64,000 nucleotides of DNA from an uncultured Spirochaetota bacterium (GTDB taxonomy: Bacteria; Spirochaetota; Spirochaetia; SZUA-6; Fen-1364), in the NCBI GenBank assembly GCA_963820525.1, contig CAWGAA010000001.1, positions 576,001 through 640,000 on the forward strand, read 5' to 3'. The notes under the pieces are model-generated. The model saw only the letters and a program-made list of their open reading frames with translations, was not told the origin of the DNA and did no database searches. Shown here piece by piece: positions 1 to 11,071 of the stretch. How positions within the stretch are numbered: the first letter of the stretch is position 1; each line of letters begins with the position of its first letter. The translations under genes and the position numbers were made by a program.

Positions 1-910
1 CGAGCTCGAGCTTCCCACCCCCGTCCATTCCCTCGCCATCAGCGCCAAGGCCAAGAAGGACGAGGACAAGATGAACCAGATGCTGCAGCGCACCACCGAG
101 GAGGACCTGACCTTCCGTATCTCCTACGACAAGGAGACCAAGGAGACGGTGATCTCGGGCATGGGAGAGCTGCACATCGCCATGATCCTGGATAAAATCA
201 AGGAAAACCAGAAGATCGAGATGGAGACCAAGATCCCCAAGGTCGCCTACCGCGAGACGATCCAGGGCAAGGCCGGCGCCGAGTACACGCACAAGAAACA
301 GACCGGCGGCCACGGGCAGTATGCGAAGGTCGTCCTTGAGATTGCGCCTCTGCCGCGAGGGGAAAAGTACAAGTTCACCAACGCGCTCTACGGCCAAGCC
401 GTTTCACGGGGATACGTTCCCGGTATCGAAAAAGGCGTCATCGAGGCGATGGAAGCGGGCGTGCTCGCCGGCTACCCCGTCGTCGACGTCGAGGCCTCGA
501 TCGTGGACGGCAAGGAGCATCCCGTCGACTCCTCCGAGCTCGCCTTCAAGCTGGCGGCGCGTGAGGCATTCAAGGAGTGCATGACCAAGGCGAAGCCGGT
601 CCTCCTCGAGCCCGTCATGAACCTCATCGTGTATGTCGATGAGCAGTATCTGGGAGACGTCCTGTCCGACTTGAGCGGCAAGAGAGGCAAGGTGCTCGGC
701 CAGAACCCGATCGGCGGCGGGATCCTCGAGATCAAGGCCCAGGTGCCGCAGGCCGAGCTCCTGCACTACGCCATCGACCTGAAGGCCCTCACCTCGGGGA
801 CGGGCTCTTTCGAGGTCGAGTTCAGCCACTACAACCCGATTTCAGGAAGGCTCGCCGACGACGTCATCAAGGCGGCGCAGGCGGCAAAGGCCGAAGCCAA
901 GAAGGAATGA
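1..910 (+). CDS. fusA: Elongation factor G family protein, 5'-truncated by window edge (stand-alone paralog, no tuf downstream)
   Basis: Open frame from base 2; EF-G domain III-V motifs SGMGELH, PKVAYRETI, KKQTGGHGQYA, GYPVVDV, HPVDSSE, LLEP. Confidence 0.9.
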   Translation, partial: ELELPTPVHSLAISAKAKKDEDKMNQMLQRTTEEDLTFRISYDKETKETVISGMGELHIAMILDKIKENQKIEMETKIPKVAYRETIQGKAGAEYTHKKQTGGHGQYAKVVLEIAPLPRGEKYKFTNALYGQAVSRGYVPGIEKGVIEAMEAGVLAGYPVVDVEASIVDGKEHPVDSSELAFKLAAREAFKECMTKAKPVLLEPVMNLIVYVDEQYLGDVLSDLSGKRGKVLGQNPIGGGILEIKAQVPQAELLHYAIDLKALTSGTGSFEVEFSHYNPISGRLADDVIKAAQAAKAEAKKE

Positions 911-914
911 AGCT

Positions 915-1334
915 CTAGAGAAATGGCCAGGCCGGCAGGAAGAAGTGCAGAATCGCCACGGCCATGCCGAGAAAGCCGAGCGTGGTTCGATAGGCGAGGC
1001 GGGGCCGCTCCTGCTTGTCCACGGATTCGGATGGAAACATGGCGTCCTGGCGGAACACCTCGAACAGGAGCGCGATTCCCATTGCCATGCCGACTCCCGA
1101 GGGGATGAGGTCTCCGATGATGAGCGCGGCCTTTTCCTCCTCCCATGCCGGGACGAAGAGGGTGATGAAACCGACGATGAGAACGGAAAGCCCGACCACG
1201 AGCTTCACGCGTCGAGAGTTGAGGAGCTCTCCCAGCGCCGACAGGCTTCGAATCCTGCGGGAAACCGCCTCAAAGGCAAGCGCAAAACCGGCGATCAGGT
1301 TGAAGGCGATGGACAGGAAAAAGAACTGGAGCAT
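915..1334 (-). CDS. Hypothetical small membrane protein (about 4 TM)
   Basis: ATG 1334 after a GGGAGGGGAG SD; MLQFFFLSIAFNLIAGF... with several hydrophobic segments; own promoter upstream. Confidence 0.75.
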   Translation of the reverse strand: MLQFFFLSIAFNLIAGFALAFEAVSRRIRSLSALGELLNSRRVKLVVGLSVLIVGFITLFVPAWEEEKAALIIGDLIPSGVGMAMGIALLFEVFRQDAMFPSESVDKQERPRLAYRTTLGFLGMAVAILHFFLPAWPFL

Positions 1335-1352
1335 TGCTCCCCTCCCGCCCAG

Positions 1353-1381
1353 AGCATAGGAGAGAAGCGGGTTTTCGTCAA
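1353..1381 (-). promoter_or_regulatory. sigma70-type promoter
   Basis: TTGACG-17bp-TATGCT; the -35 overlaps the upstream TGA stop. Confidence 0.65.
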
Positions 1382-1977
1382 GGTTGCAGTGCTGGCGGGC
1401 GTACCGCGGTTGAGAGCGTTTTCGTTTCCTTCCCGACCCGGATCTCGGCCTTGAGGCTCTTCTCCTTTCCCGTGTACTGCATGCGGCCGCGCAGGACGAA
1501 ACCCTCCTCCACGACAGGATCGGAGACGATGAGCTCCTGGCCCGTGTCGGGAAGAATGAAACGGACCGTGGCAGTTGCAGGAACCGGTTCACTCGGCGCG
1601 GGGCGAGCTCCCCCTGTCCGCGGGGCGAAGGAGACGCTCACCTGGAGCGAATCCTTGTAGGGCGAGGCCCGGAGCGTTACCGAAAAGCGCGAGATGGCGG
1701 CCTGATCCGCGGGCCGCCCGACGAACCGGAAAACCATGATGGCGGCCAGCACGATGATGAGCACGGGAAGGAGCGAAGAGATGACGCCCCGCCGTGAGCC
1801 GCGGGCGCCTCCCCCGAAATTCAGGAAGGTCCGGAAGAAGCCCCTGATCTCGCCGGGATGGGAGGCGCTGGGCATCGAGAGCCTTCTCTCCCGGTCGTAA
1901 TGGTATTCCTTGTCGATCTCGGCGCCCCTCTTGATGCGGAGGATGGGCGGATTCTCTTTTTCAGGGCTTTTCCCCAT
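1378..1977 (-). CDS. Hypothetical single-pass membrane protein
   Basis: ATG overlaps the nnr stop (TGATG); MGKSPEKENPPILRIK..., one TM (LLPVLIIVLAAIMVF). Confidence 0.7.
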   Translation of the reverse strand: MGKSPEKENPPILRIKRGAEIDKEYHYDRERRLSMPSASHPGEIRGFFRTFLNFGGGARGSRRGVISSLLPVLIIVLAAIMVFRFVGRPADQAAISRFSVTLRASPYKDSLQVSVSFAPRTGGARPAPSEPVPATATVRFILPDTGQELIVSDPVVEEGFVLRGRMQYTGKEKSLKAEIRVGKETKTLSTAVRPPALQP

Positions 1978-3497
1978 CAATCCTCCCGACCGAGCACCCG
2001 CGAAATGAGGGGGACCATGTCCTCCGCGAGAAACCAGCCGGCCTTGGATCTGGCGATTCGGCCCACCCTTCCATGGAGAGAAACTCCGAAGAGCGCAGCG
2101 GAGAGAGGCTCCATCCCGCCGGCGATGCCCGCCGCGATGATCCCCGCCAGCACGTCCCCGGAGCCGCCGGTCGCCATGGCGGGATTCACCCCGTCGAAGA
2201 TCCAGTACTTCCCCGACGGTGCAGCCACGAATGTGCATGCCCCCTTGAGAACGATCACGGCATTCACGCGACGCGAAAGGGAGAGAGCGTGCGCAACGGG
2301 ATCTTCGAGGATCTCCTCCCGCCCTTCGCCTGAAAGCCGCGAGAACTCTCCGGGATGGGGTGTCAGGACCCACCTGCCGCCGAGGTCGCGCGGGCCGCCC
2401 GTCATCATGCCGCCAAGAAGCGTAAGCCCGTCGGCGTCCACCACCCCGGGAAGCGGCAGGGAGAGCAGGTTTTCCAGCCAGCGCGAGCGCGCCTTTGACA
2501 GGCCCCATCCGGGGCCTGCCAGGACCGCGGAAAATCTCTTGGGATCGAATTCGTTTCCTGCCCGGTCTGCCGATTCGTCCCACGGCCTTGCCATCACGGA
2601 AGAGAGCTTTGCGGCGAGAACGGGATACTCTTCCCTGCCCAGAAAGGCGGTCACGAGACCGGCCCGCGCGCGCGCCGCGGCCGTGGCGGCGAGCCATGCC
2701 GCCCCCGTCGTGCCGGGAGACCCGGCGAATACGGCGAGGTGCCCCCTCTGGTTCTTGTGGGCATCCGGCGGGATGGCCGGGAGCAGGGCGCGGAATGCGC
2801 CTTCCTCGAGGAGCTCCCCCGGGATGGCGGGGTCTTCCACCAGCGCCGGGGGAAAGCCGAGGGGAACGACGACGATCCTGCCGCAGAGCACCCGGGCGTG
2901 GGGCAGGTAAAGGCAGAGCTTCGGTAGTCCCATGGTGAGGGTGATATCGGCGCGGACCGCGGGGAAGCCGGCGCGAAAACCGTCTCCCACGCCGCTGGGC
3001 ACGTCGACGGCCACTTTCTTTGCCGCGGAGACGTTGATGGCGGCCGCCAGGCCGGAAAGAGGCTCACGAAGCGGGCCGCGAAGCCCCGTACCGGAAAGAC
3101 CGTCGAACACCCATTCGGCGTCTTTGATGAGCGCACGCGCCTCGCCTTCCCGCTCGGCCAGGGGGATCACGGGAATCCCGAGGGCCTCGCACAGCGCGAG
3201 GTTGGCCGCGGGATCCGTCCCTTCCTCGGGCCTTCCGTCCGCCAGAACGATGGCGGCGCCCTTCGCGCCGTCCAGGAAGCACTGGCGGGCCATGACGAAG
3301 GCGTCCCCGCCGTTGTTTCCCTTCCCGCAGACGAATGCCATGAGCGTGGAGGGAACGCGCCCGCCCCACGCCAGGCGCTTCAGGGCCTGGCAGGCCTTCA
3401 GCCCCGCGTTCTCCATGAGAAGGATCGAGGGGAAGGCGAACTCCTTCTGCGAGCGTCGATCAATGGCGGACATCCGCTGGGAATCGACGATCTTCAT
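1977..3497 (-). CDS. nnr: Bifunctional NAD(P)HX epimerase/dehydratase (NnrE-NnrD)
   Basis: LMENAG, GKGNNGGDA, VDVPSG, HKNQRG, VDADGL, LTPHPGE, GGSGDVLAG motifs. Confidence 0.95.
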   Translation of the reverse strand: MKIVDSQRMSAIDRRSQKEFAFPSILLMENAGLKACQALKRLAWGGRVPSTLMAFVCGKGNNGGDAFVMARQCFLDGAKGAAIVLADGRPEEGTDPAANLALCEALGIPVIPLAEREGEARALIKDAEWVFDGLSGTGLRGPLREPLSGLAAAINVSAAKKVAVDVPSGVGDGFRAGFPAVRADITLTMGLPKLCLYLPHARVLCGRIVVVPLGFPPALVEDPAIPGELLEEGAFRALLPAIPPDAHKNQRGHLAVFAGSPGTTGAAWLAATAAARARAGLVTAFLGREEYPVLAAKLSSVMARPWDESADRAGNEFDPKRFSAVLAGPGWGLSKARSRWLENLLSLPLPGVVDADGLTLLGGMMTGGPRDLGGRWVLTPHPGEFSRLSGEGREEILEDPVAHALSLSRRVNAVIVLKGACTFVAAPSGKYWIFDGVNPAMATGGSGDVLAGIIAAGIAGGMEPLSAALFGVSLHGRVGRIARSKAGWFLAEDMVPLISRVLGRED

Positions 3498-3500
3498 CCC

Positions 3501-4712
3501 TCAATCCCCCTTCAGGAGAAGGTCAGACCTCCACCACGAGACGTGCGCCTTTGCGTGGTCGCAGAGCAATCCGTAGAGGAGCCCCGTCTGAGAAAGCCGC
3601 AAGTCCCGATAGGTGAGCTCGGAATCCTCGATGACGATGTAGCGCCTCTCCCGCACCCTGCCGGCGGGATCGAGGATCGTGAGGGCGTACATGTTGGCGT
3701 CCATGAAGCCCATCAGGTAGTAGAAGCCGTTGCCGCTCACCCCGATGAGCTCGTTGGGAGAGCCCGCAACCTCCGTGGTCTTGAAGCCGCTCTTCTCCTT
3801 GCGGCTGGGATTGGACGGCAGCTCCACGAAAGACTCGTAAGCGCCCGACTTCAAGTTCAGCTTGTACACGCGCGAGGAGGCGTTCTCTATCGAGGACTGG
3901 GCCTTCGTCGCCTCGTCGACGGTCTCGCGGAAGTAGTGGATCATGAGGTACAGCAGGGGGTTCTGCATGTCCGGCATGATATTGGTCAAGGCGGCGATGA
4001 GGTCCTTCTCCTTGGGCAGGTGATCGGAGTCGATCTGCACCTGATAGAGCAGTGTGCCGTCCCGCGAATACCAGAATACCTGCCAGGAATCGGGGAGCCG
4101 CGAGACCACGACGAGCTGGTCCTTGGCCGTGACGGTGAGGCTCATGATGTAGGGAAACGGCGTTCCCCCGACGCCTTCCTGCCCCAGGTAGCCCAGCGGC
4201 TCGCCCCGGCGGTCGAAGCGAAGGACAACCCTGCCCAGGTATGCACCCGTCTTCTCGTCCTTTACTCCCTTTCCATCGGGAACGTCGTCTTCGACGTAGA
4301 GTGTCTTCTCTGAGGAGACGGCGATCTGGCCGATGTTCTTCAACGGATAGCTCACCGAGGAACGGGTGCTCACCTTGTCGGCCTGCGTTCCCGTTGAGAG
4401 AAGTACCGGCGCGGGGTTCGTCGCCGCGTTGTAGAGAAGGAAGATGAGATCTCCATACGAGGTGAACACCATGATCTTTCCCGAGTTCCCATTGGCGATA
4501 TAGAACTGTCCGTCCCTCATGTGGACGCTGTTCGTATGCTCTATGGGCTGGCCGTCGAGCTGAATAAGGTCGATCTGGTCTTCCATTTTGCCGATCGACA
4601 GGGAGAAAAGCTCTTCCCGAACCAGCTCCTGGAGACCCCTCTTTTGACATCCTGAAATGACAAGGATCGCCGCCGCGGCGAGCACGAGGCGGGCTCTGAT
4701 GTGCTTTGCCAT
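3501..4712 (-). CDS. Lipoprotein, beta-rich (possible propeller), unknown function
   Basis: Signal peptide with lipobox ISG-C; divergent from secA. Confidence 0.8.
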   Translation of the reverse strand: MAKHIRARLVLAAAAILVISGCQKRGLQELVREELFSLSIGKMEDQIDLIQLDGQPIEHTNSVHMRDGQFYIANGNSGKIMVFTSYGDLIFLLYNAATNPAPVLLSTGTQADKVSTRSSVSYPLKNIGQIAVSSEKTLYVEDDVPDGKGVKDEKTGAYLGRVVLRFDRRGEPLGYLGQEGVGGTPFPYIMSLTVTAKDQLVVVSRLPDSWQVFWYSRDGTLLYQVQIDSDHLPKEKDLIAALTNIMPDMQNPLLYLMIHYFRETVDEATKAQSSIENASSRVYKLNLKSGAYESFVELPSNPSRKEKSGFKTTEVAGSPNELIGVSGNGFYYLMGFMDANMYALTILDPAGRVRERRYIVIEDSELTYRDLRLSQTGLLYGLLCDHAKAHVSWWRSDLLLKGD

Positions 4713-4723
4713 GTGTCGAAGAA

Positions 4724-4752
4724 ATACTAAACTCCGCGGCGGGGAGTGTCAA
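4724..4752 (-). promoter_or_regulatory. sigma70-type promoter of the lipoprotein-nnr unit
   Basis: TTGACA-17bp-TAGTAT, 11 nt before ATG. Confidence 0.7.
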
Positions 4753-4864
4753 CTCGGCGGCGTCGGCAATTGGGCGGCAGCAACTTGCGTGCAAGTTGCG
4801 AGAGCCGCGCAAGCGCGATACCGCCCGAGCGCGCCGGAGGCGCGCATTCGAGTGCGCGCTCGGC

Positions 4865-4894
4865 TTGACCCTCTTCTCCCCCCAGGGGTACATT
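4865..4894 (+). promoter_or_regulatory. sigma70-type promoter of secA (probably leaderless)
   Basis: TTGACC-18bp-TACATT, 7 nt before ATG 4902, no SD. Confidence 0.6.
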
Positions 4895-4901
4895 TCTGAT
4901 C

Positions 4902-7649
<2,748 letters not shown>

Positions 7650-7660
7650 CGGCGGAAAGG

Positions 7661-8758
7661 CTATGCCCTCCGTGAGGACAGGATCCGCAGATACGACAGG
7701 CAGGAGCCGAACCCGTAGATGAGGAGGGCGAGGCTCACGCCGAGGCTCACCAGCCGGAGAATCTGGCCCGCCGAAGCCGCCCCCCCAAACCGCACCAGCC
7801 CCAGAGAGATCCCCACGAAGGCGGGAAGCCTGATCAGGAAAAGCCCCAGAGCCCCCGAGGTGAACAGGAAAAGGGAGGACTCCTCGTGCGCCCTGCGAAG
7901 CCACACGCCGAACCGCACGGCCACGCCGAAGAAGCCCATGAAGGCCGCCGTGAGGATTGCGAGAAAAAGGAACGGCAGGAAGAAGATCCCGAAGATCGAG
8001 ATGGCGAGCAGGATCACGACCGCGGGGATGAGGACCACGGAGAGCACGACGGTGAGAAGCGTCCTGCGCCATTCCACGGTGGCGGACCGGGAGATCCCCG
8101 CCAGATGGGGAGTGAGGAAATACGTGACGATGAAGAGAATGAGCGCCGCCAGGATGAAGCCGACGAACTCCCGCACGAGCTCGATCGCGGGGCCCGAGGC
8201 GGGCGTGGCGAGGATCTGAAGGAAGGGAAGCTTCAGCTGGGGCAGGGCCTGGATCGCCTGTGCAACCCGCGCGCGAGGATCCGCAGTCACCTTCCCCCCG
8301 ATGCTCACGACGCTCCCCCCCACGTCCGCCCCGGGGCCAAGCGCAATGTCGGCTCCGAAAGCCCACACATCGCCGTCCACCCTGCTGTTCACGGTGATCT
8401 TGCCGCCGATGCTCACAACGTCTCCTGAGGTCGGCCTGTCCACGAGCACGGGCCGCGCGACGCGCACTCCGCCGGCCAAAAGAAAGCTCATGCCGTTCAG
8501 GGCGAGGGATACGCTCCTGTCCCCCGAGGTGTAGACGATGCGCAGGGGGAGCACGTTCCATCTCCCCTCGTTGCCGCCGCCCATGAGCCCGAAAGCCAGG
8601 CTGAGGTTTCCGCCGCCCTCGGCCACCTCGATGAGCCCGGGGGAAAGCTCGACTCCCCGTGAGGGTGCCGGGCCGGCAGGCGCGCCGCCCTGCGTGTACG
8701 CGCGGATGATGGCAAAGATCGCGATAAGGGCAATGATGCACAGTACGATTCGTCTCAT
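7661..8758 (-). CDS. Membrane protein with polymer-forming (bactofilin-like) beta-helix repeats
   Basis: ATG 8758 after GAGGAG; N-terminal TM/signal; repeats GDVVSIGGKITV / GDVWAFGADIAL / GSVVSIGGKVTA; 4-5 C-terminal TMs. Confidence 0.7.
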   Translation of the reverse strand: MRRIVLCIIALIAIFAIIRAYTQGGAPAGPAPSRGVELSPGLIEVAEGGGNLSLAFGLMGGGNEGRWNVLPLRIVYTSGDRSVSLALNGMSFLLAGGVRVARPVLVDRPTSGDVVSIGGKITVNSRVDGDVWAFGADIALGPGADVGGSVVSIGGKVTADPRARVAQAIQALPQLKLPFLQILATPASGPAIELVREFVGFILAALILFIVTYFLTPHLAGISRSATVEWRRTLLTVVLSVVLIPAVVILLAISIFGIFFLPFLFLAILTAAFMGFFGVAVRFGVWLRRAHEESSLFLFTSGALGLFLIRLPAFVGISLGLVRFGGAASAGQILRLVSLGVSLALLIYGFGSCLSYLRILSSRRA

Positions 8759-8769
8759 GGCGGGCTCCT

Positions 8770-9867
8770 CTACCGAATCCCCGGCAGGAATCTCAGCGGG
8801 TTCTGGGGCACTCCATCCTTCCAGACCTCGAAGTGGAGGTGGGGCCCCGTGGCGTGTCCCGTCGCTCCCACCCTTCCGATGGGGGTGCCCTGGTAAATGC
8901 GGGCGCCGCTTGCGACGAGGATCGCGCTGAAGTGGCCGTAGATGTATTGGAAGCCGAGGGGAGACCTCACCTCGACGAAATTTCCCAGCACCTCGTTGTA
9001 TCCGGCAAAGCTCACCCTGCCGTCGGAAGCGGACCTCACGACGGTTCCTTCCGAGGCGGCGATATCGATCCCCCGGTGCCTGGTTGGCTCGCCCGTGAAC
9101 GGATCCGCGCGGCGGCCGAACCGTGAGGTGAGCCATCCGCCGCGCAGGGGGCTCGCGATCGCCACGCCGTAGGCAAGGGAAAGCTCGTATCCTTCATGCT
9201 TGGCCCCGGGAAAGAAGACCCGGGTTGCGGGCGCCACGTCGCCGCGGGAAAGTGAGTTCGCCGCGAGCACCTCATCAGAGGCGAGATTGTACTTCGCGCA
9301 CAGCGCTTCAAAATCGTCCTTCACCACGATGAAGATCCCGTCCTGGTTGGGAATCGCGATCCGTTCTCCCACTTCCAGGTTGTGGACGCCCTTTCCTCCC
9401 GGCCTGTTCAGCGAGGAGATCGTGTCCAGCTCCATCCCCAGGCGCGCGGCTATCTTCTCCAGGGTATCTCCCGGCTTCACGCGGTAGCTCATGAGGGATA
9501 GCCGGGGGGGCGTGTATGTTTCGCCGCCTGCCGGGCCGCCCAGCGGCTCCGCTTTTGTCGCGCCGACCGCAGCCGCGCTCCCTGATGGCAGTGCGGCCTC
9601 CGCAGCCCGCACCGCGTCCCCCGCCGGCCGCGGGGTCACCGGCCTGGCGCGCCGGATCGCGGGCATCCAGCTTTCGGGCCATCCGCGCTCGGCAAAAAGC
9701 GGCCTTTCCCCGGGCCGGGGGAACGGCAGCCTCTGGTCGAGAACCAGGAGCACGGAAACCGGCACGAACAGCACGGCCAGAACCGTCTGGATGAGCCTGC
9801 GGTGGTCCGATATCAGACAGAGCGCTTCGCGGGCAACGATGCTCCAGACCTTCTCTTTCGACATCAT
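8770..9867 (-). CDS. LysM-domain M23 peptidoglycan endopeptidase
   Basis: N-terminal TM, LysM (YRVKPGDTLEKIA), Zn motifs HRGID and HLH. Confidence 0.92.
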   Translation of the reverse strand: MMSKEKVWSIVAREALCLISDHRRLIQTVLAVLFVPVSVLLVLDQRLPFPRPGERPLFAERGWPESWMPAIRRARPVTPRPAGDAVRAAEAALPSGSAAAVGATKAEPLGGPAGGETYTPPRLSLMSYRVKPGDTLEKIAARLGMELDTISSLNRPGGKGVHNLEVGERIAIPNQDGIFIVVKDDFEALCAKYNLASDEVLAANSLSRGDVAPATRVFFPGAKHEGYELSLAYGVAIASPLRGGWLTSRFGRRADPFTGEPTRHRGIDIAASEGTVVRSASDGRVSFAGYNEVLGNFVEVRSPLGFQYIYGHFSAILVASGARIYQGTPIGRVGATGHATGPHLHFEVWKDGVPQNPLRFLPGIR

Positions 9868-9892
9868 CCTTGTAAACTCACCAGCTTATGTT

Positions 9893-10993
9893 TTATTTCA
9901 GGTACTGCAAAGGGTCAACTGGCTCATTGTTCTTGAACAGGGAGAAATGGAGATGGGGCCCGGTAACATGACCCGTGTTTCCCAGCAGGCCCACTTTGTG
10001 ACCCTGCTCCACGTTCTCGCCCTGGGAGACAAGCACCTTGTCCAGGTGCGCGTACATGGTCTGAAAGCCCGTGCCGGGGTGCTTGAGGATCACGAAGCGG
10101 CCGTAGCTGTAGTTGTATCCAGCCGCCGCCACCCTCCCCGCCATGGCCGCTGCGACGGGAGTATCGAGGGCGTTGGAGATATCCACGCCGTTGTGGAAAT
10201 GCGGCACGCCCGTGAAAGGATCCGCCCGGATTCCGAAGCGCGAGCTCACGCGGCCGCTCACCGGGAAAATGAACAGATTGCCCAGCACCCTGTTCACCTC
10301 GCTGGGGCTCAGGTGGGCTCCCGGGATGAAGATCTCCTGTCCCGGGGTGATGATTGAACTGGCGATCCCGTTCCAGTCCAGGATGCTCTCCAGAGGCACC
10401 GAGAAAGACTGGGATATTCTCTCCAGCGTATCTCCCCGGCGGACCCTGTATTTCAAGCCTTCCGCATTGGGGTATCTGAGGACGGTCCCGGGGCCGAGGA
10501 CTCTCGCGTCCCTGATCCCGTTGAAGCTGATCAGGGTGTCGATGTTCAGCTTCAATCTCTGGGATATCTGCGAGATCGTCTCTCCCTGGCGGATCGTATA
10601 CGAGCCGACCTTCAAGGATTTCAGGAGGGATTGCCCGCTTGGCGCGTCGCCCTTGGACTGGTCTTCCTCGGGAACCAGGATCCGGTACATCTCCTGTTCC
10701 CCATCGGGGGAGGAAGGCAGGACCGCCCTGGGCAGGGAGGCGCCCCTCATGGCGAGGGCGGGCACGAAGAAAGCAACGAGCAGGAGGACGGCGATCGCGA
10801 GAGTGAGGCCCCGCTTGCTTGCGACGGCTTTCACCAGGCGCCGTGCCTTGCCGCGAGGCCGGCCGGCATGCCTCACCGCTGCCGAGCGCCTTTCCGTGGG
10901 CGGCTTCCAGACCAGCGCCGGGCGGCCGACCGGAGAACGGCGGATGTGCGAAGCTCTCTTCTTGACGAACTGGCGCCGAAGACCTGCGATCAT
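9893..10993 (-). CDS. LysM-domain M23 peptidoglycan endopeptidase
   Basis: TM, two LysM (YTIRQGETISQI, YRVRRGDTLERI), HNGVD and HLH; start uncertain (ATG 10993 after AAGGGA). Confidence 0.92.
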   Translation of the reverse strand: MIAGLRRQFVKKRASHIRRSPVGRPALVWKPPTERRSAAVRHAGRPRGKARRLVKAVASKRGLTLAIAVLLLVAFFVPALAMRGASLPRAVLPSSPDGEQEMYRILVPEEDQSKGDAPSGQSLLKSLKVGSYTIRQGETISQISQRLKLNIDTLISFNGIRDARVLGPGTVLRYPNAEGLKYRVRRGDTLERISQSFSVPLESILDWNGIASSIITPGQEIFIPGAHLSPSEVNRVLGNLFIFPVSGRVSSRFGIRADPFTGVPHFHNGVDISNALDTPVAAAMAGRVAAAGYNYSYGRFVILKHPGTGFQTMYAHLDKVLVSQGENVEQGHKVGLLGNTGHVTGPHLHFSLFKNNEPVDPLQYLK

Positions 10994-11071
10994 TGCTTCC
11001 CTTACAACCCATATCGACAATGAGCGGGCCCCGTATTACTATAAACCTCCGGTGGGAGGGGACAGCATTTC

